A DNA stretch of 64,000 nucleotides, taken from the sequence record AP025967.1; one strand, 5' to 3'. Below, one piece after another: positions 1 through 10,689 of this stretch (the stretch's first letter is position 1; the number at the start of each line of letters is the position of its first letter). Source of the stretch: a plasmid. The notes below the pieces were generated by a model, which was not told the DNA's origin, searched no databases, and was given only the letters and a program-made list of their open reading frames with translations. Both the position numbers and the translations under genes were made by a program.

Positions 1-20
1 ATTACAGGGGTAAATAAACA

Positions 21-920
21 ATGATAGAAAAAGAAGAAATAGGAATTGCTATTGAGAATTATGACGAATGTATTAGTGGTTCTAAAACATTTGTATTTAA
101 CACAAAGGGTGGAACTATAGGAAGCGGTGATGATTGCACTTTTCGTATTCAAGATAAACTAGAACAAATCAAAAACACCCATGCCATAGTATCTTATGAA
201 GAAGGATCTTTTACAATTGCGGCTTTTGAAGATTCTGACATTTATTATAATAAGTCCTTTTCTAGAATGCCAAGTGGCTATGAAATAATAATCAGCATAG
301 GCGATATTTTTAAAATCGGTAATTTAGAATTTAGATTTGTGGATGCAAAAAGCATTGAAGCAAGCATTAAAGAAAATAAAAAATACTTAGAAGATATTGA
401 AAAACGCAATCATTTTGATGAAATTGAAATTAAACCTAGAGGAAAAACAAGTATAAATTTTGACAAAAACAAAGAGTTAAAAGAGATTTTAGAAAATAAT
501 GATTATAAATTTATCGAAGAAGAAAAGGCAGATGATAGCTTTTTAAAAGAAATAATTCAAAAAAATCCAAATTCATTAGAATATGAAAATGTTTTAAAAA
601 GTTTGGTAAAAAATTTAAAAGATATTAAAACAAAACAACAAAGCTCTAAATTAAATAAAGATTATTCTTCTATTAGTATCAAAGATTTTGAAAGTATTAT
701 TAATAATATACCCTTAATCAAATCCACAAGATTGATCAATATTTTAGCCCTTAGCCTAATCGCAAAAGAATTATATACTCCAATATTTGAAGAAATGGAA
801 GAAAATATGTTTATTAAATATATTGAAGCTGCCATACAAAACAATATCAAAGAAGATAAGATTCTTTTTGAAAATCTTACCATCAAAGCATTGGAAAAGT
901 ATATTAAAGATTTTGAGTGA
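21..920 (+). CDS. FHA-domain protein (T6SS TagH-like forkhead-associated domain at N-terminus)
   Basis: An AGGGG RBS sits before the ATG. Residues about 20-100 (GSKTFVFNTKGGTIGSGDDCTFRIQD...THAIVSYEEGSFTIAAFEDSDIYYN) fit the FHA pattern G..R...D..l.d..vSr.Ha.i....g.y.l.D.S.NGt. The C-terminal two thirds are low complexity and Lys/Glu-rich. Confidence 0.5.
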   Translation: MIEKEEIGIAIENYDECISGSKTFVFNTKGGTIGSGDDCTFRIQDKLEQIKNTHAIVSYEEGSFTIAAFEDSDIYYNKSFSRMPSGYEIIISIGDIFKIGNLEFRFVDAKSIEASIKENKKYLEDIEKRNHFDEIEIKPRGKTSINFDKNKELKEILENNDYKFIEEEKADDSFLKEIIQKNPNSLEYENVLKSLVKNLKDIKTKQQSSKLNKDYSSISIKDFESIINNIPLIKSTRLINILALSLIAKELYTPIFEEMEENMFIKYIEAAIQNNIKEDKILFENLTIKALEKYIKDFE

Positions 921-923
921 TTT

Positions 924-2225
924 TTACTCTTTTATATTATGCTCTTTAGCATAAGCTAGTATTTTAGCTCGAAGTTCTTGCGGAAAATTATATCTATAAA
1001 TAGCAGGAATTCTTGGATCAAGGAGTCTATCAAGCTTATGTCTTTTATAATACCATTCTAGATTTTCAGGGGTAAAATAATAAGGTGCATTAGGATAGCC
1101 TTGAGGAGGAGTGAGGGCTGCTAATTTGGCAGTTAATATCATAGAATCTATTCTTAATTGTGCACTTTCTTCACTCCGATCATTTGGAATATCATAACCA
1201 TAAGCATTTACCATGCCATTATAATACCCTCCCCTATGATGATCAAATTCTCTTCTGCTTTCATAAGTAGAATCTATATCCCTTGGATCTTTTATCTTGC
1301 CCTCAACTATATCACTTCTTAAGGCTTTATACATACTTCCAAATTCATCGCGAGCAATTCTATATTTATTATAATCAATCACCCAATCTACTCCCATAAT
1401 TTCATCTATAAAAGGAAGCATACCAAATTCATCAGGTTTTAAAGTCTTAGCTAAGGTTTTAATCTCTTGTTCTCTTAAAGGGTTTTTATGCACTCCTACT
1501 AAACCACTTCCTACAGCAATATCTGCATAACCATAAATAGCACCTAATAAATTAGGTTTATCTAATATACTACTTCCTCCACTTAGTTGTATATAAAGTA
1601 TAGTAGCTTGTATAAATCTTGCATTAAAACCATTTTGAAACATATCATTAGCTAGGTATTTATAATCACCTAATATTCCTGCTGCCATACCCCATTCATT
1701 ATGAAATAAACTTGATCTTAGATTATGTTTATTATCATCTACTATTCTATATAATTTTTCATATTTAGGATCTACATTTCCTTTTTCATCTACAGCTCCT
1801 ATAGCTTCATAAGGTATATCTATAACAACACTTCTTATACCACTTCTTATAACTAAATATTTATATCTTTCTTTTTTAGTTTTTAAAGATTTATAATAAG
1901 CTTTTTCTGCTTTAGTCCAAGGAGCTATGCTTCCTTTGATAGGATCTTTTAAATAAATACTTTGCCAATCTTTAAATTCAAGCAAAGTAGATTTCTCCCC
2001 TGTGTGAAATTCAGGATCTAGGTATTGGGGTTGATAGTCTTTATAGGGGGAGTTTTGTTTGATATTGTGTGCTTCAAACAAAGCTTTGGAATATTCTTGG
2101 GTGTATTTGCCTACTTCACGCCCATCTTCTCTTTTATCAAATATAATTTGATTCGTATTTTTATCAACTTCTAATATAAGTCCATTAGAAGTATAAATCT
2201 CGTAAATATCTTTATTACCACTCAT
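924..2225 (-). CDS. hypothetical protein (433 aa), last gene of 5-gene operon
   Basis: Long ORF with a 10-bp gap to the upstream gene. The stop lies 3 bp from the FHA gene stop. No recognisable catalytic motif and no signal peptide. Confidence 0.5.
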   Translation of the reverse strand: MSGNKDIYEIYTSNGLILEVDKNTNQIIFDKREDGREVGKYTQEYSKALFEAHNIKQNSPYKDYQPQYLDPEFHTGEKSTLLEFKDWQSIYLKDPIKGSIAPWTKAEKAYYKSLKTKKERYKYLVIRSGIRSVVIDIPYEAIGAVDEKGNVDPKYEKLYRIVDDNKHNLRSSLFHNEWGMAAGILGDYKYLANDMFQNGFNARFIQATILYIQLSGGSSILDKPNLLGAIYGYADIAVGSGLVGVHKNPLREQEIKTLAKTLKPDEFGMLPFIDEIMGVDWVIDYNKYRIARDEFGSMYKALRSDIVEGKIKDPRDIDSTYESRREFDHHRGGYYNGMVNAYGYDIPNDRSEESAQLRIDSMILTAKLAALTPPQGYPNAPYYFTPENLEWYYKRHKLDRLLDPRIPAIYRYNFPQELRAKILAYAKEHNIKE

Positions 2226-2235
2226 TTTTATCCTT

Positions 2236-5200
2236 TCATCCTATATACAAACCATCTTCCATGATTATAGTTGTAGCTAGTCTGCCTATAAACTTATTAG
2301 AATAATCTTGGGATTTATTAGTATCATCACTTTCTTCCTCATCATATTCATTTTTTCTTTTGTTTTTTACATATTCTTCATTTATCCCCTTATACATCAC
2401 TTCCAAATTATGTTGTCCTATAGCTTCTAAATTTTCCATCAATCTTCTTGCCTTTTGCCTATCTTCTATGAACTTACCTCTTTCATCTTGAGTGGTATTA
2501 TAAATCCCATTTGCATATTCATATAAAATTTGTATAGCATCATTATAAGCTAAGATAGGGTGTTGTTTTATCACTGGGTGTTGTGTTTTATACTCTTCTT
2601 TTCTTTGAAAATGCTCTAACTTATATATATTACAATTTCTAAGTTCTATATTGTTTTTTTCAAAAAATTCCTTATCATTTAAGATATATTTGCCTTCATT
2701 GATTTTATCTTCCTTAAAAGCACTTCTTTTTTCATCTAAAATAATATAAGATAAAAGTCTTTTTAAGGCAAATTCCCTAGCTTCACTTGAAGTTGTAGCA
2801 CAAGCAATACTAGGATAATAATTAAGCCCACCCGTGCATAATAAAGAACCAAAAATAAACTCAGATAAATCAAAACTCATAAATCTAGAATTTATCAATA
2901 AAGGATAGGTTATATATTCTTCTTTTTTTACAGCTAAAGGAAAATCATAATTGTAAGTAAATTTTTCATACATTAGTTTTTCATATAAAATTTTCAATCT
3001 TTCATAATTTGTAGGCAAAAGTGTATCAATAAAAGATCCTGCTAAATTTTTTAATATATCCACGCTCAAGTCTTTACTCATTTTAATAGAAAAATCAATA
3101 GCTAATTGTTTTTTTACTTTTGATATCAAATGAATTTGCTTAGCTTTATCTAATCTTGAAAAACTCTTTGACTTTTTTAATTCACTTGCATATTCTAATT
3201 GATTAAAATAATAATAATTTGTTCCTATTTGATATAAAAAAAGCTTATTGAGTGATTTTTTACTTTTTGGATTAATTTTTATAAAACGCCCTTTAGGGCT
3301 AAGTGCATAAAATATCCCTAGTTCTTTAAAAAAATGTGCTTTAAAACTAGAAAATAATTTATTACCATAATGCTTTTTATCAAAGCTTGAATCTATAAAA
3401 AACAAAATCATTTTTTTAAAAAAATCAGGCTGACTCATAAAAAATTCTGTAAAAGGAAAAAGTTGCTTAATAATATTAAAAAAAGTGATATCTATGGATA
3501 ATTTTGCAAGTTCATTATCAAGCATAATATCTTGAATGCTTTTATCTAAATCTTTTTTTGAAGGAAGAGTTTTGTCTGTTTGTATATTTTCTTCAAATTC
3601 AATCTCCTCATCAAAGCTTTCATTTAAGGTTTTTAAAAAATTTACATAAGTTTGATCTTCTTCTTCAAAATCATTTTCAAACATAGCTTTGGCTAATTCA
3701 TCTAAATAAATAACTTCATCTTCTTTTTTATTTTTATTTAATTCTTTAGATAAAAAGATATAAATTTTTTTATCATTATCATAAAAATAAATATCATCAG
3801 GGATAAATAAGATATACTCATTAAAATAATTTGGTATTTTAATCCTTTGGTAATTAAGTGAAATTTCTTTATCGCCATAATCTGGATTTGGAATTACAAT
3901 ATTTTTAACACCAAGAGAATATTCTTGCGTAAAAGCTAAGTCTTTTTGTAAAACATACAAAGTTAAAGTCAATAAAACAACCGTTAAAGGTGAGTATTTC
4001 TTAAAATCTACATTTTCATATGTTTTAAACATTAATGGTTCTGAGTTAAGATTGGATTGTATTTGGTTATAGCGAGAATTGATATTGTCTAAATAATCAT
4101 TAAAAAGCCTGATATATTCTTTTACTTTTTCTTTTTCTTTTTCGCTAATTTCTTCCAGTTCTTTAGGTAATTTAAAAAAGTTATCAATATAAGCAAAATC
4201 TTGCTTAACTTTTTCATATTCTAATCGTTCGTTTATATGTTCCAATAAATAAAGTTTCATCCAAGAATATGTTTGATTATAAAAATTAAAATATCCCTTA
4301 TATTTTTGATAAATCTGTCCATCAAGTTTCACAAAAGGACAAAGTTGCAATACATAATCATCTTCTTTTTTAACATCTCTTTCTATAAAATAAGAACCAT
4401 AATCTCTTTTGCTAGGAAAATCGCCTTTTAATGCAAGTTTTTCATTTTTTGTAAGAGCTTTGGGGCGATTTTTTATTATTGCTCCTAATTTTTTTTGATA
4501 CAAGTCCTCACAAAGTCCTGCATTGTTAAGCTGTGGTGGATTAGTAATAAGCAAATAATTTTTACCCATTTTGGTTGTATTGATTTGATCAGTATTTTTT
4601 TTATCTAATATCATTTCTACTAGCATGGAAGAATTTAAATCAGGATATTCTGCATAAAAGAAATGATTGAGTTTAGAGATATTTAAATTGATTGCTTTTT
4701 TTAATGTTGTATCAAAATTATTTAAACTAGAATTCACTAAAAGTGTATTATCTAACTTTTCATTTTCAAATTTTAGATTATTTTCTAAAAAATTATCAAA
4801 AATACCTTGAAATTCTTCATCTAAAATAACTTTATAAAAACTATTTTTATAAAGACTAATAGAAGGTACATTAGAATAAGATGAAAAATCTAATAATACT
4901 TTATCATCTATAATTAATACATCAGATAAAATTTCTTCATTGCACAAAGCGATAATAGGATAAAGCTTACTAGTAATAAGCTCTAAAAGTGGATAAGCAA
5001 AATCATAATAATATTTTTGTTCCTTATACTCTTGATACTCAGCAGAAGAATTATAAGCTTCAAATAATGTATTTACAACAAAAACATAAGGATTTTTTTT
5101 GACTAAAGAGACAGGTTTTTTAAGATTGGTTACAGAATCTAATATATTGATAAAAAATTTTGCTATAGCTCTAATAATTTGCTTATATTCATCATCATTA

Positions 5201-5733
5201 GATTGAGTAATATTTTTTAAAAGTGTATTAAAAAGTGTATCTAGGGTAAGTTGTATCTTTGGTTTAATTTCTTGCTCAAAATAGTTAGATTCTTTGATAT
5301 TTTTTAATAATATATTTAATTCTTTTTGAATTTCTTTTAAAAAATTTTCAATATTTTCTACATTGTTTTCATCAATAATTTTATTGAGCGTTTTATTTTC
5401 ATTTTGATTAATTGCATTATTTAAAAATTTTAAATTATTAAAGATAATTTTTTTAATGCTAGATAAATTTTTATCAGAGCTAAATTTTTGTTCTTTTGTG
5501 ATTTCGTCTTTATTGGCTTGATTTAAATGTATGATTTTAAAAGTTTTTGTATTATCAATTTTAAAATTATCTTCAATAGTATGTAGTGTCTTATACAAAG
5601 AATTCTTAGCTTCTTTATATCCATCAAAATCACTGCATATAAAAATAATTTTATTAGCATTTTTGGTAAGATTTTTTAACTCGATTTCTAAATTATGATT
5701 TGATGCAATTAAAGTAAAATTTTTTATTTTCAT
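2236..5733 (-). CDS. large hypothetical protein (1165 aa)
   Basis: Uninterrupted 3.5 kb ORF with a 4-bp ATGA overlap to the upstream gene. No Walker A motif and no TM helices. Contains LLITNPPQ but no accompanying FxGxG. Confidence 0.5.
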   Translation of the reverse strand: MKIKNFTLIASNHNLEIELKNLTKNANKIIFICSDFDGYKEAKNSLYKTLHTIEDNFKIDNTKTFKIIHLNQANKDEITKEQKFSSDKNLSSIKKIIFNNLKFLNNAINQNENKTLNKIIDENNVENIENFLKEIQKELNILLKNIKESNYFEQEIKPKIQLTLDTLFNTLLKNITQSNDDEYKQIIRAIAKFFINILDSVTNLKKPVSLVKKNPYVFVVNTLFEAYNSSAEYQEYKEQKYYYDFAYPLLELITSKLYPIIALCNEEILSDVLIIDDKVLLDFSSYSNVPSISLYKNSFYKVILDEEFQGIFDNFLENNLKFENEKLDNTLLVNSSLNNFDTTLKKAINLNISKLNHFFYAEYPDLNSSMLVEMILDKKNTDQINTTKMGKNYLLITNPPQLNNAGLCEDLYQKKLGAIIKNRPKALTKNEKLALKGDFPSKRDYGSYFIERDVKKEDDYVLQLCPFVKLDGQIYQKYKGYFNFYNQTYSWMKLYLLEHINERLEYEKVKQDFAYIDNFFKLPKELEEISEKEKEKVKEYIRLFNDYLDNINSRYNQIQSNLNSEPLMFKTYENVDFKKYSPLTVVLLTLTLYVLQKDLAFTQEYSLGVKNIVIPNPDYGDKEISLNYQRIKIPNYFNEYILFIPDDIYFYDNDKKIYIFLSKELNKNKKEDEVIYLDELAKAMFENDFEEEDQTYVNFLKTLNESFDEEIEFEENIQTDKTLPSKKDLDKSIQDIMLDNELAKLSIDITFFNIIKQLFPFTEFFMSQPDFFKKMILFFIDSSFDKKHYGNKLFSSFKAHFFKELGIFYALSPKGRFIKINPKSKKSLNKLFLYQIGTNYYYFNQLEYASELKKSKSFSRLDKAKQIHLISKVKKQLAIDFSIKMSKDLSVDILKNLAGSFIDTLLPTNYERLKILYEKLMYEKFTYNYDFPLAVKKEEYITYPLLINSRFMSFDLSEFIFGSLLCTGGLNYYPSIACATTSSEAREFALKRLLSYIILDEKRSAFKEDKINEGKYILNDKEFFEKNNIELRNCNIYKLEHFQRKEEYKTQHPVIKQHPILAYNDAIQILYEYANGIYNTTQDERGKFIEDRQKARRLMENLEAIGQHNLEVMYKGINEEYVKNKRKNEYDEEESDDTNKSQDYSNKFIGRLATTIIMEDGLYIG

Positions 5734-7094
5734 ATTTTAACCCCATTTACCACCACAAATTTACAAACATAAAGCTCTTGTTTTCTATCTTCATCTTCTA
5801 AGATTTCATCTAGTCCTTGTGCGATTTGAAGTTTTAAATTTTGCATTTTTGCAGGAGCTAAAAAACTAAAATGATATTCGTTTAATTCTTTATTATCTTC
5901 TAAAGCATTTTTGATGATTTTATCATACTCATGTAGCTGTGTAAAATACCCTACTCCTAAATCTTTATTTTCAAATTCCTTATAAGCACTTTTATAAACT
6001 TTAGCAATGTTTTTTGGGATAATAAAATAAAGTTTGATTAAATTAGTATCAAAGCTAAGATTTAGTTCTTTAAATTCATAATCTTTACTAAAGTCTTGTT
6101 TGAATTGATTAAGAATATTTATATCCTCTATATCTTTTAAATCTTTTAAATCTATATTAAATTCATTTAAAGCCTTATTTTGTTCTTTTTTTTCATTATT
6201 GATTAAAAGATTATAGATAGGTAAATTATCTTTTTGAAATCTATCACTTTTATAATGAAGTCTTATTATAGGCTCTTTTAACTCTATTTGATTTTTACTT
6301 TGTTCTCCTAAGCCCTCTTTAGGATCAAAGCTGTGATCAAATTTAAACTTAGTAGGAGTAAAGCTTACTTTTAAAGCAAAGCCTTTATCTGTTTTACAAG
6401 CTGAGATGAGTTCTTGTAAGATTACATATTCATTATTGACTTTCTTTTGAGATAAGGATCCTTTTACATTAACAACTTTAGTACAAGGAACACTTACACC
6501 TGCTATAGTATTAGGACAAGCTACTATACTAGAGTTTAATAAATCACTTTCTAGCATTATAGGCACACCATCATCTTTAAAAGTTTTTCCTTTGTTTGAT
6601 TTAAGTATGACTTTACCTCCATGGATACATTCTAGGTTTTGATTTTCTAAAAGAGCATGAAGTTTAGCTATAGCTTGTTTTTTATCTACTTGTGTGGTTT
6701 TTTGTTCTTTTAAAGTGTTTGAAATTAAGTCTTTATACTCTAAGCTTTGTTTGCTTAAACATTCTAATTTGATATTTAAAGAATTTTCTAATATAGAATA
6801 ATTAAGCAAACAAAGTTCATCATTTTTATAAAAGATACTAAGTCTTCCTAAACCACTGCTTTCATCTTTAGGAGAAAAATAATAACTAGGTGTATCTTGT
6901 TTTATAGTATTATCTTGATCTAATTCTCCAAAGTAAAAAGGATTGTTAGGAAGTTCATTTGAGCCTGTAAGTAATACACCTTGAAAATAAATTTTAGAAT
7001 GAGTTAAATCAACATTTTTAGCCTTTAAAACTTCACAATCAATCACTTCTTTATCATAAGCAAAAATTGTTTCTTTTACTTTTTCAAGAGGCAT
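5730..7094 (-). CDS. hypothetical protein (454 aa), possible PAAR-like Cys/Pro-rich central segment
   Basis: ORF overlaps the upstream gene by 11 bp. The central segment HGGKVILKS...IVACPNTIAGVSVPCTKV is only loosely PAAR/DUF4150-like. Confidence 0.45.
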   Translation of the reverse strand: MPLEKVKETIFAYDKEVIDCEVLKAKNVDLTHSKIYFQGVLLTGSNELPNNPFYFGELDQDNTIKQDTPSYYFSPKDESSGLGRLSIFYKNDELCLLNYSILENSLNIKLECLSKQSLEYKDLISNTLKEQKTTQVDKKQAIAKLHALLENQNLECIHGGKVILKSNKGKTFKDDGVPIMLESDLLNSSIVACPNTIAGVSVPCTKVVNVKGSLSQKKVNNEYVILQELISACKTDKGFALKVSFTPTKFKFDHSFDPKEGLGEQSKNQIELKEPIIRLHYKSDRFQKDNLPIYNLLINNEKKEQNKALNEFNIDLKDLKDIEDINILNQFKQDFSKDYEFKELNLSFDTNLIKLYFIIPKNIAKVYKSAYKEFENKDLGVGYFTQLHEYDKIIKNALEDNKELNEYHFSFLAPAKMQNLKLQIAQGLDEILEDEDRKQELYVCKFVVVNGVKI

Positions 7095-8424
7095 GAATTT
7101 TCCTTAAATTTTTAGTCATTTTATGATAACTTAAACTCCAGTATTTATCGCTTTTTTCTCCTGCTAAAACATTAAAATAAAATTCATTTCTATCTTTTTG
7201 ATATTCTTGTGAGATATTACCATAATCATATTTATGATAAAGCATTCTTGAAAGCATTTCATCTTTAGGTATAAAAATAAAAGGATAAAACTTACTCACA
7301 CTAAAATTATTATATTTTTGACTCAAATCTAAATCTTGTATCGCAATAGCTTCATAATCATTATCTGCTTTTAAAAGTTTAATTTGTCTATCTTTTCTAT
7401 CGAAATAAATCAATTCAAAATCGCCTTTTATGCTTGTATTAAATTTTTTAGTGATAGATTCCAAACAAAAATCTAATTTATTATATATACTTTTAAGTTG
7501 GGAGGCTTTATCATAAAATTTTTTAATACTTTCATAATATCTTTGATTTTCTATATCTTTTTTACAAAAAGTTTGTATTTTCTTTTCTAAATTTTCCTGA
7601 TTTACATAACATATATAATTATTATCTAGCATAGATCTAGTCCAAGTAATAAAAGCTCTTGCACCTTTTACACTTTGTAAATTATCATCAATGTTTTGAA
7701 ATTTCAAAAAGATAGAGTGAAGAGATTTGATCAAGCCAAAGATATCTATCAAATTTCCAGGCACTTTATATTCATCATCAATAAGCTCTATTCCTATATC
7801 AGAAAGTTTTTGAATAACCCAAGTAACGCAGTTGTTTTCAAGAAGCTTATAGGTAAATTCTTCATTGATTGGTTCTTTGCTATTAGGTGTAATTTCTTTT
7901 GTAGTATTAAAATCATTTTTAATATTTGCAAGTAGGATTTCATATTGTTCTTTAGAAAGTTCTAAAGTGCAACGATTAGAGGGTTTGAAAGCTTGGGGGC
8001 TTCTTAGTTTTTTAATAATATAACAATTTTTATCAATATTGCTATCTAATACATATTGGTTATTGTTAAATACTTTGCCAGGAGATCCTATAAGAGATTC
8101 TGCAACATTAGCAATTCCAGTTCCAAAACCCCAAAAACCATCATTGAATTCATTAGGTTCTTTAGCTTCATACCATTTTTGATCTATCTTGTCCCATTCT
8201 TTGTTTTTAAGATATTCTTGTCTTAATGTTTCATCTGCTTTATCAAGCTCATCAGGACTTTTGCCTTTGGTAAGTCCTAAGAAAGCGTGGGTGAAGTCGA
8301 TTTGCTTAGAAATTTGAGAAAATTTTGCTTCAAATAGCAAAGAAAAATCAACATGCTTTAACATTTCATCTTCTAATAACTCATCTACATAAATTGCTAC
8401 ATAATATTTTATTATTTCTTTCAT
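7084..8424 (-). CDS. hypothetical protein (446 aa)
   Basis: 4-bp ATGA overlap with the membrane protein gene upstream. Contains an NCVTWV motif faintly reminiscent of the NCEHF catalytic motif of LRAT/NlpC-P60 enzymes. An internal 105-bp piece (8208-8315) is duplicated at 8967-9080. Confidence 0.5.
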   Translation of the reverse strand: MKEIIKYYVAIYVDELLEDEMLKHVDFSLLFEAKFSQISKQIDFTHAFLGLTKGKSPDELDKADETLRQEYLKNKEWDKIDQKWYEAKEPNEFNDGFWGFGTGIANVAESLIGSPGKVFNNNQYVLDSNIDKNCYIIKKLRSPQAFKPSNRCTLELSKEQYEILLANIKNDFNTTKEITPNSKEPINEEFTYKLLENNCVTWVIQKLSDIGIELIDDEYKVPGNLIDIFGLIKSLHSIFLKFQNIDDNLQSVKGARAFITWTRSMLDNNYICYVNQENLEKKIQTFCKKDIENQRYYESIKKFYDKASQLKSIYNKLDFCLESITKKFNTSIKGDFELIYFDRKDRQIKLLKADNDYEAIAIQDLDLSQKYNNFSVSKFYPFIFIPKDEMLSRMLYHKYDYGNISQEYQKDRNEFYFNVLAGEKSDKYWSLSYHKMTKNLRKIHAS

Positions 8425-8900
8425 TTCGAAATAGTTCCTTCTAAAAGTCCATAAGGTATTATTCCTATAAATATTGCAATTTCAAAACAAAAATACATCA
8501 TTAAAAATAAAAATTTAAATTTTAAATGCAATTTAACAAAAAAAAACCATATTATCATTAATAAAATATTTATTATTGCAAGATTTAAATAAAAATCATT
8601 AAAAATTATATTAAAGATATACATAAAACAATAGCAAAAAAGATGAATAAAAAAGAAGTTTTTATAAAAACTTAAAAAAATAAACCAAAATATAGCAATA
8701 TAAAATAGCAAGATAGGAAAGAAAAAAACAATATAAAGCTCAAATTCCAAATTCTTGAGTTTATATATAACAACAAATACAGCACATATTAAAGCAATAT
8801 AGCCACTCCCTAAACACCAAGCAATTTGCCCACTTGATATATTGTCTATTCCTTTGCTTTCTAGTTTTTCTTTGAGTTTAGAATAAATAGGAATTTGCAA
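8421..8900 (-). CDS. polytopic inner-membrane protein (159 aa), first gene of operon
   Basis: About 5 hydrophobic helices (Phe/Ile/Leu-rich). The AT-rich promoter-like region 8901-8941 lies upstream. Confidence 0.5.
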   Translation of the reverse strand: MQIPIYSKLKEKLESKGIDNISSGQIAWCLGSGYIALICAVFVVIYKLKNLEFELYIVFFFPILLFYIAIFWFIFLSFYKNFFFIHLFCYCFMYIFNIIFNDFYLNLAIINILLMIIWFFFVKLHLKFKFLFLMMYFCFEIAIFIGIIPYGLLEGTISK

Positions 8901-8941
8901 ATTTACTCCTAATATAGATAAATTGTTTTATTATAACCAAT

Positions 8942-9117
8942 CTACTTAATACTTTTAATTAATTTAAATTCTTTGTTTTTAAGATATTCTTGTCTTAATG
9001 TTTCATCTGCTTTATCAAGCTCATCAGGACTTTTGCCTTTGGTAAGTCCTAAGAAAGCGTGGGTGAAGTCGATTTGCTTTATGCTTTCACCCAGGGTTTG
9101 AAAAAGATCATTCATTT
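8942..9117 (-). pseudogene. chimeric gene fragment: virB6-like start codon region fused to internal segment of the 446-aa gene
   Basis: Translates as MNDLFQTLGESIKQIDFTHAFLGLTKGKSPDELDKADETLRQEYLKNKEFKLIKSIK*. The first 13 residues match the VirB6 N-terminus (MNLDLFQTLGESIQQ at 34428). The rest matches residues about 38-80 of the 7084..8424 product. Confidence 0.35.
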
Positions 9118-9120
9118 ATA

Positions 9121-9330
9121 TTTTCTCTACTTGTTCCATAAGTTCTTTTGTACTTACTTGTGGTTTGTAATTAAATGATTTAGAATAACTTGAAGCATTT
9201 GCACATTCTTTGATTTTAGATTCTAACTCTGTAGCATTTTTTGGATCTTCATAGTATTACATACTTTTTTGGCTCTGAAGAGCAAGCAGAAAAAACACCA
9301 GTAATAACTGCACCTAATAAAGCTAGTTTG
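9121..9330 (-). pseudogene. lipoprotein gene paralog (frameshifted) of 47159..47422
   Basis: The first about 75 nt and the upstream 130 bp are identical to copy B (MKNTIKLALLGAVITGVFSACSSEPK). A frameshift follows the lipobox, and the C-terminal half is divergent. Confidence 0.4.
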
Positions 9331-9458
9331 ATTGTATTTTTCATTTTTAATCCTTTTTTTGTATATTTATAGTAATTATAATATACTATTATTAACTAAT
9401 AATATATAAAAAATATTTTTTATATATTATTATATATTATGATTACAAAGAGTAACTA

Positions 9459-10689
9459 TTATTGTCTAGTTATCTCTTTTTCAGGTTGTGTTTTTTCCAT
9501 AGATTTAAAAGCTTTAAGTTTATTATGAAAATCAATGAAATTTAATTGTTTTTTGACTTCATCAAGCCCTTTATTTAAAAAAATGTCATTGAAATCACTT
9601 ATTCCTTGTTCTGCTTCTTGATTGCTGATTTTTGGAATAATAACTTTAATATCTGAAAATTTTTGTTGAATTTCTTTTGCAGTTTCCACCCCGACATTAG
9701 AAAGACCTTTTAATTCTCTTTTTTTATCATTATCGGCTATTAAGGTAATAGGAGTGTTTTGAAATTTGTTTTTTAGGGTTTCAACGATTTTTGATAAGTT
9801 TCCAGCATCTATACCCATTATTACAGGCTTATTGAGTGCTTTGTATATAGTTGCAGCAGTAGCAAAGCCTTCTGCTATGATAAATTCTTTGCAATATTCT
9901 AGGTTTTTGCACCTATTAGGTGAAAACATCCAGATTTTTTGCAGAATATTCAATGCCTTGCTCTTTTTCTTCTTTAGTTTTAATTACACCAATAATTTTA
10001 TCACCATTTGGGAATATTCTTTGCACAGACCATAATTTGCCATTTTCATCTTTTAAGGGAATAAGTAAAGAACCTTTGTTATCCTGCTTAAGATAAAAGT
10101 TTTCACTAAAACCTTTTTTCTTTAAATAAGGATGATTTGAATGAGCCCAATTAGCTTGATTATATTCTTCTTCAATTTTTAATGCTGTTTTTTGCTGAAG
10201 CTCTAAAATGTCTTGTTTCGTATTATTGCTTGTAGAATTATGTAATCTTTTTTGACTAGGAGTTTGATAACTTACAATGTTTTGTTTTGCATTTTCTAAA
10301 GGCATTTTCCAATTTTCTTTAATACCTGTTTTAAAATTTTGAATAAAACCAGCAGGGTATTCATCTAAAAATCCACTATAAGCTCCACTCATTTCTCTGC
10401 CTTTATCTGTTGTTGTTTTTACTCTGTGGATTTTGCCATCCATGATAGGTGAACCATCAATAATTAAACCTTGATTTTCTAAAGCAGATTTAAAAGTAGT
10501 TAAAACTTCATTTTCATCAAATGAAAATTCTTTATTTTGGTGCGGATAAAACCATTGTGAGAAAATATTTTTATCTAAGCTTTTTGGAGCAAACCATTTT
10601 TTTTCTTTATCATCCCACATTGCCCCTAATGATTTTACTTTTTCTTTGTCTTTAAATGGAACATAAAGATAAATTCTTTTTTGTGGCAT
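9459..10689 (-). pseudogene. Toprim-domain DNA primase-like gene, split by frameshift at a T6/T7 tract (~9938)
   Basis: Two overlapping ORFs (9916..10689 and 9459..9953). The C-terminal part carries a Toprim signature (IIAEGFATA ... LIADNDKK). A near-identical copy lies at 47537..48769. Confidence 0.6.

Noticed and set aside
662-886. Short antisense ORFs across the window (662..886, 7696..7935, 9766..10035, 11650..11946, 23001..23207, 27928..28149, 58000..58973 etc.)
   Set aside because: They are embedded in longer, well-supported genes on the opposite strand, with hydrophobic low-complexity translations typical of AT-rich antisense frames.
3900-4000. NPPQ motif in the 1165-aa protein as a DNA methyltransferase motif IV
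   Set aside because: No FxGxG/AdoMet-binding motif in an appropriate position; it is likely coincidental.
2236-7094. TssM/TssK assignment from sizes (1165 and 454 aa) next to the FHA gene
   Set aside because: The 1165-aa protein has no N-terminal TM helices and no Walker A motif. Size coincidence alone is not enough.
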